Part shown: positions 28,095 through 38,039 of the stretch, one piece after another | Layout: every line of letters begins with the position of its first letter | Numbering within the stretch: the first letter of the stretch is position 1 | Source of the DNA: Candidatus Zixiibacteriota bacterium | GTDB lineage: Bacteria; Zixibacteria; MSB-5A5; UBA10806; 4484-95 | Assembly: GCA_037441845.1 (NCBI GenBank) | Contig: JBBIRK010000003.1 | Span: 160,001 to 224,000 of the forward strand | DNA length: 64,000 nt | Direction: 5' to 3' | Translations under genes and position numbers: made by a program | Notes under the pieces: generated by a model | Seen by the model: the letters and a program-made list of their open reading frames with translations, nothing else | What the model was told of the DNA's origin: nothing | The model's database searches: none

Positions 28095-29930
28095 ATGCGC
28101 GCCACCCCATCGGCCGGAATCGTCGACAGCCGGAATGAGCCCTTATCCGAGCTTGTGGCCTCGCTGAAAAGCACGGATAGGTTCATCCGCGAGGACGCCG
28201 CCAACGAGCTTGCCCAAAGCGGCGACGAAAAACAAGCGGCGGAGCTCTGCCGCCTTTTGTATGACGTCGATATTTCCGTGCGCAATCTGGCCGCCGAAAT
28301 CCTGGTCAAAATCGGCAAGGCGGCGACCAAACCGTTGCTCGACGAATCTTTCTCCCCGGACAAGGACGTCCGTAAGTTCATCGTCGATATTATGGCGCTG
28401 ACGGGTGATTCGGCATTCGTGCCCAGATTGGTCGAGCTGCTTAACGATCCCAACGACAACGTAGTTGGTTCGGCTGCCGAGGCTCTCGGACGTATCGGCA
28501 GACCCGAGGCGGTCCCGGCCTTGATCGATTGTTGCCGCTTACATCCCCTGGCCGAGTTGCAGGCGATCGAAGCCCTCGGGAATATCGGGTCGCCGGAGGC
28601 GATGCCGGTGCTGCGGGAAAAAACACGCTCGAATAATATCGTCATAGTTTACGCTGCGGTCGAAGCGCTGGGAAAAATCGGTTCCCCGGAGGCAGCGCAG
28701 ATTCTTTTCGAGCTTCTGGGAAGCGATAACAAGCAATTGCGCGGAACCGTCTTGAGCACGATAATCAAGATCGCCGGCAACGGCGGACGAAAGAAAATCG
28801 ATGAAATTTCCGGCGGGCAGATAGTCGATATGTTGATCGATGCCGCATTAAGCGACGATCCGGGCGTAAGATCGGCAGTAATAAGGGAACTTGCGTTCTG
28901 GAGCGGACCGAAGGTGACGGCCGCGCTTATCAAAGCCCTGAATGATCCGGATCAATCGATCGTCGATCTGGCTCTGGGGGCGCTTAGAATCGCAGGCGAT
29001 TCGGGTCTCGATGAGATCAAGAAAGGAATTCAACAAGGGAACGATCTTGTCAAAAAATATCTGATCGAGGTGTCCGCATTCCTTAAATCCTCGGAGCTTT
29101 TCGGAGTCGTGTTGCCCGAAGCCAAATCGCCGGATCCGAATGTCAGGATCGCCGTGTGCAAGGCGCTGTCGAAATACAGCAATTCCCAGGCTATAGAGGC
29201 GCTGCTGGCGCTCGCGGACGACGAGGTGGGACATGTTCGCGCCGAGGCGTTGAAATCGCTCGGATTTTCCGGCGACATCTCGATCGTGGAACGGCTGTTC
29301 AAGTATCTCGACGACGAATATCCGGATGTGCGGGAGGCATGCCTGGGGGCCATGATTTTAATCGACGGAAGCAAGACGGTCGAATTTTTCAAAAAAGACC
29401 TCGAACAAGGCGATAAAAACCGAAAAATTCTTGCTGCCAGGGCGCTGGGTTGGATCGGCAGCGAGGCCGCGGCGAATATTCTATTGGAGGCGCTAGGCAG
29501 TGACGTGGCCGAGGTGCGCAAGTATGCCTTGCTCGGGTTGGCCAAAATCGGTCATTCCAAACTCGAGGAAAATTTGACCTATCTTTTGACCGACGAAAGC
29601 CCTGAAGTGCGAAAGGCGGTCGTCGATGCCTATTTGAGCGTCGCCAAAGAAAAAGCGGCCGACCATATTCAAGTATTGCTCGATGACGACGACCCCTGGG
29701 TGCGATTCTATACGATAAACGCCTTGGCGGGCACGTGTGACCGCAAATGCCTAGACAAGCTCGCCGAAATTGCCTTGAATCAGCCGCCTTTCATTCAGAT
29801 CGCCATCGTAAATTTCCTGTCGAAATCCGGAGAACCCAAGGCGATAAGTGCGCTGCAGCGGCTTGCGGCCTCGGAAAATGATGAGATAAGAGCCGCCGCT
29901 CAGGAGGCTTTAGATGCCCCGGGAAATTGA
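28095..29930 (+). CDS. HEAT/PBS-lyase repeat protein
   Basis: Many L.D.D..VR..A..ALG..G repeats across 611 aa. Confidence 0.9.
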   Translation: MRATPSAGIVDSRNEPLSELVASLKSTDRFIREDAANELAQSGDEKQAAELCRLLYDVDISVRNLAAEILVKIGKAATKPLLDESFSPDKDVRKFIVDIMALTGDSAFVPRLVELLNDPNDNVVGSAAEALGRIGRPEAVPALIDCCRLHPLAELQAIEALGNIGSPEAMPVLREKTRSNNIVIVYAAVEALGKIGSPEAAQILFELLGSDNKQLRGTVLSTIIKIAGNGGRKKIDEISGGQIVDMLIDAALSDDPGVRSAVIRELAFWSGPKVTAALIKALNDPDQSIVDLALGALRIAGDSGLDEIKKGIQQGNDLVKKYLIEVSAFLKSSELFGVVLPEAKSPDPNVRIAVCKALSKYSNSQAIEALLALADDEVGHVRAEALKSLGFSGDISIVERLFKYLDDEYPDVREACLGAMILIDGSKTVEFFKKDLEQGDKNRKILAARALGWIGSEAAANILLEALGSDVAEVRKYALLGLAKIGHSKLEENLTYLLTDESPEVRKAVVDAYLSVAKEKAADHIQVLLDDDDPWVRFYTINALAGTCDRKCLDKLAEIALNQPPFIQIAIVNFLSKSGEPKAISALQRLAASENDEIRAAAQEALDAPGN

Positions 29931-30847
29931 CACAGCAAGCAAAGCCGCAGCGGCCGACGGCAGAAAAATTTTGCAACACGAGGCTCGGTAATATGCCGTT
30001 GGAAGCAACCATCGATATTCCGGAGCTATCCCAGGAAGATTTCGTCTTGTTCCGCGACTTCATTCATGAACGCACGGGAATGTATTTCGCGGATAACAAA
30101 TTGTATTTGGTCAAAAACAGGCTGGCCAACCGTATGTCGCAGATCGGAGCCAAAAGCTACCGAGATTATTTTTATATGGTCAAGTTCGACACCGGCACGG
30201 CCGAATTCAACGCTTTGGTAAATCTGCTGACTACCAACGAAACCTCCTTCTTCCGAAATTTGCCCCAACTTCAGGCTTTCTCCGATGAAGTCTTGCCTTT
30301 GGTTTTGAAAAGAAAAGACGACAGCGGGAATAAAAATATCAGGATCTGGAGCGCCGGATGCTCGACCGGCGAGGAGCCATATACCTTGGCCATGATTCTC
30401 ATGGATAAAGTGCCGAGACTTGCCAGTTATAACGTGGAAATAATCGCCAATGACATATCCGAGACCGTCCTGCAGGCGGCGCGCAAAGGGATTTATCACG
30501 AATTGACATTGCGCACAACACCCCCGAATTATATTGCGAAGTATTTTTCCAAAAAGGGAAACGTTTATCATATCAACGACGACGTTAAAAAATACGTCAA
30601 ATTTTCGCAGATAAATCTTCTCGATTCGACCAAGATGTCCTTAATCAAGGATATAGACGTAATCTTTTGTCGAAATGTGACGATTTATTTTTCAGAAGAT
30701 GCCAAACGCAAGGTGGTGCGAAGTTTTTATTCGAGTCTGATAAAAGGAGGATATTATTTTATCGGCCATGCCGAGTCGCTGCATGGCATAACCAAAGCCT
30801 TCAAACTGGTCTATTTCAAAAACGGGCTGGTATATCAAAAGGAATAG
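29927..30847 (+). CDS. cheR: Chemotaxis methyltransferase
   Basis: TTNETSFFR, RIWSAGCSTGEEPYT, DVIFCRNV.IYF and GHAESL; start may be the ATG at 29993. Confidence 0.95.
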   Translation: MTQQAKPQRPTAEKFCNTRLGNMPLEATIDIPELSQEDFVLFRDFIHERTGMYFADNKLYLVKNRLANRMSQIGAKSYRDYFYMVKFDTGTAEFNALVNLLTTNETSFFRNLPQLQAFSDEVLPLVLKRKDDSGNKNIRIWSAGCSTGEEPYTLAMILMDKVPRLASYNVEIIANDISETVLQAARKGIYHELTLRTTPPNYIAKYFSKKGNVYHINDDVKKYVKFSQINLLDSTKMSLIKDIDVIFCRNVTIYFSEDAKRKVVRSFYSSLIKGGYYFIGHAESLHGITKAFKLVYFKNGLVYQKE

Positions 30848-30862
30848 CGCTGAGAGAATGCT

Positions 30863-31261
30863 ATGAACGGCAAAACGATTTTAATCGTCGATGATTCGCC
30901 GACCATACTCAAATTTGTGTCCTTCACATTGAGATCGGCGGGATTCAAAGTGGTGACCGCTTGCGACGGAATGGATGCTCTCGAAAAACTCTCGACCCTG
31001 AGCGAAAACGGAGAAACCGTCGATCTGGTGATCACCGATCTGAACATGCCCAATATAGACGGTTACGAGTTCATAAAGACTCTCAAAGCGAACGAACAGT
31101 ATTCGGCGTTTCCGATAATAATTCTTTCCTCCGAAGAAGACGAATGCGACAAGAAAGCAGGCAGCGAGGCCGGCGCCTCATCTTATCTGGTCAAGCCTTT
31201 CCGGCCCGATGTGCTGCTTGCCGAAGTGACAAAATACATTCCGGCAAAACAACCTGTTTGA
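30863..31261 (+). CDS. CheY-like response regulator
   Basis: ILIVDDS, ITDLNMPNIDG and YLVKPF. Confidence 0.9.
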   Translation: MNGKTILIVDDSPTILKFVSFTLRSAGFKVVTACDGMDALEKLSTLSENGETVDLVITDLNMPNIDGYEFIKTLKANEQYSAFPIIILSSEEDECDKKAGSEAGASSYLVKPFRPDVLLAEVTKYIPAKQPV

Positions 31262-31274
31262 AGGAGGCGTTGCC

Positions 31275-31652
31275 TTGCCAAACTTGAAGATCCTGGCTGT
31301 TGACGATTCGCCGACAATGAGGCGCATTATCGTCAATACCCTCAAGCGCGCCGGTTTCGAGGACGTCAGCGAAGCCTCTGATGGCAAAGACGCGCTGGCG
31401 AAGCTCAAAACCGACAAATTCGATTTCATAATCACCGACTGGAATATGCCCGAAATGGACGGCTTGACGTTCGTCAATTCTGTCAGATCCGATCCCGAAC
31501 TTCAATCACTGCCGATACTAATGGTTACCACGCGGTCGGTCAAGGAAGACATAATGCAGGCGATCAAAGCGGGTGTAAACAATTATATCGTGAAGCCGTT
31601 CACTCCGGAAACGATCGCCGAAAAAATCAATCAGGTTTTGGCCTCGGCTTAG
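31275..31652 (+). CDS. cheY: Chemotaxis response regulator CheY
   Basis: LKILAVDDSPTMRRI, TDWNMPEMDG, LPILMVT and NYIVKPFT; TTG start with SD AAGGAGG. Confidence 0.92.
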   Translation: MPNLKILAVDDSPTMRRIIVNTLKRAGFEDVSEASDGKDALAKLKTDKFDFIITDWNMPEMDGLTFVNSVRSDPELQSLPILMVTTRSVKEDIMQAIKAGVNNYIVKPFTPETIAEKINQVLASA

Positions 31653-31664
31653 AAAGGAGCTCAA

Positions 31665-32273
31665 ATGCCCGGCAAAAATCCAGAGATGGTGGATAAGATC
31701 CGCCGCGAGCTGAACGAGCTGACCTCCTCCATAGGCAAAATGATGGAATTATTCAGACAGATAAAACAGCCGATACAGGAGTCTTCCGAAAAAGTACCCA
31801 GCACGACGATGCAGCTCGAAAAAGTCACCCAGCAGACGGAGAAAGCGACGCATAAGGTTCTCGATATAGTCGAATTATTGACCAACCGAAATTCGGAGAT
31901 AATCGAGATCTGTCAGAAAATCGAGTCGACGATAGAATCCGGCCTGGGAAAAAACGCCGAAATCGGCAAATTGCTCGATCAAATCAAAAACAACGCCAAC
32001 GCCAATCTCGGCGACACCATGGTGATAATGGAAGCACTCCAATTCCAGGATATAACGTCGCAACAGATAGACCACGCGGTCAGCCAGCTTGAGGACGTCG
32101 AGGGCAAACTCAAGACGTTGCTTGTAAGCACCGGCATGGCCAAAGAAACCGAAATCGTTCAAAACGGACGAAAAAACAGAGCGTTCGATCCCAACGCCAA
32201 ATACGATGCCGTCCATCAAAATCAGCAGCGCGAAGTCGACGACTTGATTTCGTCGATAGTCAAGACAGATTGA
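31665..32273 (+). CDS. cheZ: CheY-P phosphatase CheZ
   Basis: TEKATHKVLD, catalytic ALQFQDITSQQI and C-terminal QREVDDLI. Confidence 0.85.
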   Translation: MPGKNPEMVDKIRRELNELTSSIGKMMELFRQIKQPIQESSEKVPSTTMQLEKVTQQTEKATHKVLDIVELLTNRNSEIIEICQKIESTIESGLGKNAEIGKLLDQIKNNANANLGDTMVIMEALQFQDITSQQIDHAVSQLEDVEGKLKTLLVSTGMAKETEIVQNGRKNRAFDPNAKYDAVHQNQQREVDDLISSIVKTD

Positions 32274-32300
32274 ACTAAGATTAAACAGCGGGAGCAGTCG

Positions 32301-34097
32301 ATGGGTGAATCCGGTTATGACCTCGACGAAATGGAAACTATAATCGAGGAGTTCATGGTCGAGGCCAGGGAAATAGTCGGCGGCCTCGATTCCAATCTCG
32401 TCAAACTCGAAAAAGACCCTGGTAACCTCAATCTCCTGAACGAAATATTCCGGGGCGCCCATACCCTTAAGGGGGGAGCCGGATTTTTGGGTTTCAACGA
32501 ATTGATGCGGCTCACCCATAAAATGGAAGACGTCCTTAACAAGCTGCGTAAAGGCGAATTGACGATCACTCCGGACGGCATGGATATTCTGCTCGAATCG
32601 GTCGATGTCCTGAAACTCACCCTCAACGATATTATCGAAAAAAGGCAAGGCAGAACCGATACCGCCGCGATCATCTCCCGTCTGGAATCGATGCTGAAAT
32701 CCGAAAAAACGGAAACTTCATCGGCGAACTCCAAAGTCGAATCCGTTCCTGCGGCGGAAAAACAACGTAGCGAAACCGGACCGTCCTTGAATGCCGCCGA
32801 CCAAAAGTCCTCCGCAAAAGCCGATAAGCCCGGGGCAAATGTCGAAAACGCCCCCGGTAAATCCACACCCTCCGCCGCGGCAAACGTCAGTCAGAAAAAC
32901 TATTCGATCAAAGGAGAATCGACGATCAGGGTGGATGTCAAAAGGCTGGATAATCTGGTTAACATGGTCGGCGAGCTCGTGCTCGGTCGAAACGCCCTTA
33001 TCCAGCAGCTCGGCATTTTCCAAACCAAGATGGAGGGCCAACCAGAGGTCGAACAATTATCACAGGTGGCGGCGCAGCTGAATTTTATTACCACCGAGCT
33101 CCATATGGCGATCATGAAAATGCGCATGCTGCCCGTCGGCAACGTGTTCAGCAAATTCCCCCGCATGGTGCGTGATTTGTCCCGCGATCTGGGAAAACAG
33201 ATCGATTTGATTATAACCGGAGAGGAAACCGAACTCGACAAGTCGGTTCTCGAGGAAATATCCGATCCGCTGATTCATCTGATACGCAATTCGATCGATC
33301 ATGGTATCGAAACTCCTGAAGAGCGCGCAAGCAAAGGCAAACCCCCCAAAGGATCGATAAGGCTGTCGGCCTTTCAAGAGGGCAATAATATCGTGATCGA
33401 AGTGGTCGATGACGGTAAAGGAATGGATATAGAGGCGATAAGAAAAAAGGCGATCGAACGCAATCTGGTGAGCGGCGAAGAGGCCGCCAAGCTTACCGAA
33501 AAGGAATTGCTCTCTTTCATTTTCCTGCCGGGTTTTTCCACCGCCAAAAAAACCACCGATATTTCCGGTCGCGGCGTCGGCATGGATGTGGTGCGCACCA
33601 ATATCGAAAAGCTGAAAGGCACGATCGATTTGTCCACCAAATTGAACGAAGGCTCCAAAGTTACGATCAAACTTCCATTGACATTGGCCATCGTCCAAGG
33701 ATTGCTGGTGAGCTGCGGCAAAGACATTTTCGCCATACCTTTGAGCTCAGTCCTGGAGACCGTCGTAGTTACTCCCGATGAAGTTAAATATGTCAATCAC
33801 AAACCGGTGATCAGACTAAGAGATACGATTTTGCCCATAGTCGATTTGATGGAGCTCCTTTTCAACCTGCCGCCTCGACCCAGACGCCAGGTCAATGTGG
33901 TCGTCGTCGGCCTTGCCGATCGCAAACTCGGCCTCGTAGTCGATTCGCTTTTGGGTCAAGAGGAAGTCGTGATCAAATCGATCGGTGAATACCTCGGTCA
34001 CATTCGTGGTATCGCCGGTGCCACCATAATGGGGGACGGTCGGGTAAGATTGATAATCGATCTGGCCGGCCTGTTCGATCTGGCCCTGAAAAAATAA
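32301..34097 (+). CDS. cheA: Chemotaxis histidine kinase CheA (P2 apparently replaced by a low-complexity linker)
   Basis: IFRGAHTLKG (P1), TIRVD..RLD.L.N.VGEL, HLIRNSIDHGIE, SGRGVGMDVV and a P5 domain. Confidence 0.96.
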   Translation: MGESGYDLDEMETIIEEFMVEAREIVGGLDSNLVKLEKDPGNLNLLNEIFRGAHTLKGGAGFLGFNELMRLTHKMEDVLNKLRKGELTITPDGMDILLESVDVLKLTLNDIIEKRQGRTDTAAIISRLESMLKSEKTETSSANSKVESVPAAEKQRSETGPSLNAADQKSSAKADKPGANVENAPGKSTPSAAANVSQKNYSIKGESTIRVDVKRLDNLVNMVGELVLGRNALIQQLGIFQTKMEGQPEVEQLSQVAAQLNFITTELHMAIMKMRMLPVGNVFSKFPRMVRDLSRDLGKQIDLIITGEETELDKSVLEEISDPLIHLIRNSIDHGIETPEERASKGKPPKGSIRLSAFQEGNNIVIEVVDDGKGMDIEAIRKKAIERNLVSGEEAAKLTEKELLSFIFLPGFSTAKKTTDISGRGVGMDVVRTNIEKLKGTIDLSTKLNEGSKVTIKLPLTLAIVQGLLVSCGKDIFAIPLSSVLETVVVTPDEVKYVNHKPVIRLRDTILPIVDLMELLFNLPPRPRRQVNVVVVGLADRKLGLVVDSLLGQEEVVIKSIGEYLGHIRGIAGATIMGDGRVRLIIDLAGLFDLALKK

Positions 34098-34098
34098 T

Positions 34099-35178
34099 AT
34101 GTCGAAGGTTAGAGTACTGGTAGTCGATGATTCCGCTTTCATGAGGAAAGCGATCGCCATCATGCTCGAATCGGATCCCGAAATCGAGGTCGTCGGCATG
34201 GCCCACAACGGCGAAGACGGAATCGAAATGGCGGCCAAGCTCAAGCCCGATCTGATCACCCTCGATATCGAAATGCCCCGAATGGACGGTTTGACGGCTC
34301 TACGCCGTATTATGGAAGAAAATCCGACACCCGTTATGATGATAAGTTCGCTTACCACCGAGGGGGCGGCGGCGACACTGGAGGCCTTATCGCTCGGCGC
34401 GGTCGATTTCATACCCAAACAATTATCGTATGTGGCGCTCGATATCGTGAAAATCAAGGACGAGCTGCTAAGCAAAGTTAAGCATATCGCCCGAAACAAG
34501 CCGCGGCGTTCCGACGGATCGATAAGACGTCCGGCCGCCGTATCGCCTTCGCTGAAAAAACCGATTTTGAGCGCTCCCCCGAGTGCAGGCCAGCCTCAGA
34601 GACCGAAGAAGCGGATAAATATCGTCGCGATCGGCACTTCCACCGGAGGCCCCCCCGCGCTTCAGGCGATTATCCCGCTATTGCCCAAAAACTTACCGGT
34701 GCCGGTGACCGTAGTCCAGCACATGCCGGCCACATTCACCAAATCGCTGGCCGAACGTCTTAATTCCCTTTCCAAGATTGAGGTAAAAGAAGCCGAGAAC
34801 GGCGAACCCGTCAATCCGGGGGTCGTCTATATCGCCAGGGGCGGCAAACATCTGACTGTGAAATTCAATTCCAGTTCATACTCGATCAACCTGACGGATG
34901 AACCATCGACGACCCTGCACCGCCCGGCGGTCGATGTAATGGTCAAATCCGTAGCCGAAAATTACGGCTCGGCGGTTCTGGGAGTCATCTTGACCGGCAT
35001 GGGAAACGACGGTCTGGAGGGATTGCGGTTGGTCAAACAAAAGGGCGGCGTTGTGCTGGCGCAAAACGAGGAAACATGCGTTGTCTACGGCATGCCCCGG
35101 GCGGTGGTCGAAGACAACCTGGCCGACAAGGTTTTGCCGCTGGAACAGATCGCCGCTGAGATCGTAAGTTATTTCTGA
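34099..35178 (+). CDS. cheB: Chemotaxis methylesterase (REC + CheB)
   Basis: VLVVDDSAFMR, GTSTGGP, VQHMP, LTGMGNDG and VYGMP. Confidence 0.96.
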   Translation: MSKVRVLVVDDSAFMRKAIAIMLESDPEIEVVGMAHNGEDGIEMAAKLKPDLITLDIEMPRMDGLTALRRIMEENPTPVMMISSLTTEGAAATLEALSLGAVDFIPKQLSYVALDIVKIKDELLSKVKHIARNKPRRSDGSIRRPAAVSPSLKKPILSAPPSAGQPQRPKKRINIVAIGTSTGGPPALQAIIPLLPKNLPVPVTVVQHMPATFTKSLAERLNSLSKIEVKEAENGEPVNPGVVYIARGGKHLTVKFNSSSYSINLTDEPSTTLHRPAVDVMVKSVAENYGSAVLGVILTGMGNDGLEGLRLVKQKGGVVLAQNEETCVVYGMPRAVVEDNLADKVLPLEQIAAEIVSYF

Positions 35179-35243
35179 TTTGCGCAATCGAATCAGCCAT
35201 TAATTTGCCTTGATATTTTTACGGCTTGTGATAAAATAATTTC

Positions 35244-36446
35244 ATGGATTTCCAGAAACGCCGGATGGAAGAGCTGGAGAAAATCACCGATTCCTACATG
35301 TCTTTGTCGGAGCTTGCGCGGAAACTGCAAGCCGATTACGACGAATTGGCCGAAAGATTCGAAAAGCAAGCGGCCCAGCTCGAAGAGATAAATCAGCGCG
35401 TGACCGATGCCCTTGAGGCGAATAGTCGGCTTTCGGCCCACCTCGCCAACATACTCGACAGCCTCGATGCGGGCGTGATCGTGTTCGACATGGACGGCCG
35501 TATCAATCGTTTCAACAAATCCGCCGAAAGGCTCACCGGCATAGCCTCCGAGCAAGCGATAGGCGTTCTTTATGGCGTGTTGTTCGATTCGGAGGAGCAT
35601 GCGCCGACCGCCGGAATTTTCGAATGTTCCGAGGTCAGGATCAGGGGAGAGAAGTGGTTCGGGGAGCAACCGGTCGGCTATTCGGTCAGCAAAATCTACG
35701 ACGACGGCGGCAATTGTCTGGGCGCCGTGGAGATCCTCTATGATCTGTCATCGGAGAAGAAACTCAGAGAAACCATAAGCCAGGTTTCGGCGCTCGCCGC
35801 GCTGGGGGAGATGTCGGCGGTTATCGCCCATCAGGTGCGCAATCCTCTGGCCGGGGTGATAGGGTTTGCCAATCTGTTGTCACGCGATATTTCCGCGGAT
35901 CATCCTGCCGCGCCGTCGGTCAAGAAAATTATCGAAGGCGCAACCGAGGTCAATCGCATAATCACCAATCTGCTCGATTTCACTCGGCGCCCCAAACCCG
36001 ATTTCAAGTTGCTCGATATCGTGGATTTCTGCCGTCAGACTCTCGATTCGATTCGAACGCAGCAATTCGCCGCCAATCTCGATATCCGTTTCAACACCGA
36101 TATCGAATCGATTCACTATCGTTTCGATCCGCTTCTGTTCCGCCAGATGTTTTCGAATCTGATCGAAAATGCGGCTCAATCGGTGGGATCCGAAGGCGGC
36201 CGGCTGACGCTTCTCTTGAGATTGCCGGACAGCCGTCACCTGATCCTCGAATTCGTGGATACGGGTTGCGGATTCAACGAACGGGATCCGAATCAGCTGT
36301 TCAAGCCGTTCTACACGACGCGCCGGAACGGATCCGGACTTGGTTTATCGGTGGTTAAAAGAATCGTGGATTTGCATAACGGCGTCGTAACCGCTGAGAG
36401 TCCGCCCGGCGGAGGCGCAGTGTTCACCATTACCTTACCGCTTTAA
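35244..36446 (+). CDS. Cytoplasmic PAS histidine kinase (FlgS/FleS-like)
   Basis: No TM helix; coiled coil, PAS domain, IAHQVRNPL, DTGCG, FKPFYTTR and GSGLGL. Confidence 0.85.
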   Translation: MDFQKRRMEELEKITDSYMSLSELARKLQADYDELAERFEKQAAQLEEINQRVTDALEANSRLSAHLANILDSLDAGVIVFDMDGRINRFNKSAERLTGIASEQAIGVLYGVLFDSEEHAPTAGIFECSEVRIRGEKWFGEQPVGYSVSKIYDDGGNCLGAVEILYDLSSEKKLRETISQVSALAALGEMSAVIAHQVRNPLAGVIGFANLLSRDISADHPAAPSVKKIIEGATEVNRIITNLLDFTRRPKPDFKLLDIVDFCRQTLDSIRTQQFAANLDIRFNTDIESIHYRFDPLLFRQMFSNLIENAAQSVGSEGGRLTLLLRLPDSRHLILEFVDTGCGFNERDPNQLFKPFYTTRRNGSGLGLSVVKRIVDLHNGVVTAESPPGGGAVFTITLPL

Positions 36447-36455
36447 GGAGTTGCC

Positions 36456-37817
36456 ATGTTCGCCAGTATTCTGGTTGTCGATGATGATTCACTGGTTCGT
36501 TCATTCATGGTCGAAACGTTGAAAAGGCAGGGATACGCCGTCACCGAGGTCGATTCCGGCGAATCGGCTATCGAGCAATTGTCCGAAAACGAGTTCGACC
36601 TGGTAATCACCGATTTGAAAATGAGTCGAATAAGCGGTATGGACCTGCTTCGCGAAACCCTCAAAATTCAACCCGATTGCCGGGTGATCGTGGTCACCGC
36701 TTTCGGCACCATAGAGAGCGCCGTCGAGGCCATGAAAATAGGTGCCAGCGATTTTATAAGCAAACCATTCTCCGCCGACGAATTGGAGATGCTGGTGAGA
36801 AACGTTCTCGAGCTCAAGCGATTGCGCGAAGAAAATCGGCGGTTACACAACGAGCTGGGCAGGAAATACTCGTTCGATAATTTGATAGGCAGCTCGCCGG
36901 CGATGAAAAGAGTGTTTGACCTGATCAAGAGCGTCGCATCGACGTCCTCGACGGTATTGATAACCGGCGAAACCGGAACCGGCAAGGAACTGGTCGCCCG
37001 GGCGATTCATTACAATTCCAACCGCGCCGGCAAAAGCTTTATCAAAATGAATTGCGCCGCTCTGCCGGAGGGGCTGATCGAATCGGAATTGTTCGGCCAT
37101 GAAAAAGGATCGTTCACCGGAGCCATAAGGACGACTCGAGGACGTTTCGAACAAGCGAACGGCGGAACCTTGCTGCTCGACGAGATTTCCGAAATCTCGC
37201 CCCGTATACAGGCGAAATTGCTGAGAGTCATTCAAGAGCGGGAAATCGAAAGGCTGGGTTCCGGCCAGACGATATCGCTTGATGTCAGGCTTATCGCAAC
37301 CTCCAATCGAGATCTCAAAGCGATGGTTGCCCGGGGAAGATTTCGCGACGACCTGTATTACCGATTGCAGGTGATTCCTATTAACCTGCCGCCGTTGCGT
37401 GAACGTCTGGAGGATATACCCCAGTTGTGCAAACATTTTATCGATAAATATTGCCAAAGAGAAGGTATCCCTCCGAAAACGATGTCGGAAAAAGCTATGG
37501 AGCTTTTCATGGCTTACAGCTGGCCCGGGAACGTGCGTGAAATCGAAAATTATATCGAAAGAGCTGTCGTCACCTCCGATTGTCAGGAGCTCAAGCCGTC
37601 CGATTTTCCGGCGGAACTTAGATCAGGCGGCCTGGCCGACAACCGAAATCCCGAAACCGCCGGCAGGACGATCGCCGAAATGGAGCGTAACCTGATATTG
37701 AAAACGCTCGAGGCTAATAATTGGAACAAAGCCCGCGCTGCCGAAATTCTTGGAATCACATCGCGCACTCTGCGCAACAAACTTGCCGAATATCGCAGCG
37801 AAGAGGAGAAAAAGTAA
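36456..37817 (+). CDS. sigma54-dependent response regulator (FlgR/FleR/NtrC-like)
   Basis: REC domain, GETGTGKE, ESELFGHEKGSFTGA, LLLDE, WPGNVRE and a Fis-type HTH. Confidence 0.93.
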   Translation: MFASILVVDDDSLVRSFMVETLKRQGYAVTEVDSGESAIEQLSENEFDLVITDLKMSRISGMDLLRETLKIQPDCRVIVVTAFGTIESAVEAMKIGASDFISKPFSADELEMLVRNVLELKRLREENRRLHNELGRKYSFDNLIGSSPAMKRVFDLIKSVASTSSTVLITGETGTGKELVARAIHYNSNRAGKSFIKMNCAALPEGLIESELFGHEKGSFTGAIRTTRGRFEQANGGTLLLDEISEISPRIQAKLLRVIQEREIERLGSGQTISLDVRLIATSNRDLKAMVARGRFRDDLYYRLQVIPINLPPLRERLEDIPQLCKHFIDKYCQREGIPPKTMSEKAMELFMAYSWPGNVREIENYIERAVVTSDCQELKPSDFPAELRSGGLADNRNPETAGRTIAEMERNLILKTLEANNWNKARAAEILGITSRTLRNKLAEYRSEEEKK

Positions 37818-38039
37818 TACCGCTTCATTACGGTGTCGGCTCGAATTCGTCGCCTTAAGAATAACTGTCGAATTTGGGACGATTGCACATTCTTTGGGGC
37901 CGACTGTTTTTACCGGCGATGACTCGTCCTTGTTTTCGTGAATCTTCTATTTTTCTCCGGTATGTTTGATATCCGCCGGCCCCTCCAGGCCCAATTTTCG
38001 CTTGACTTAGGTTGTCAGCGAGGATTATTATTGAGTTTT

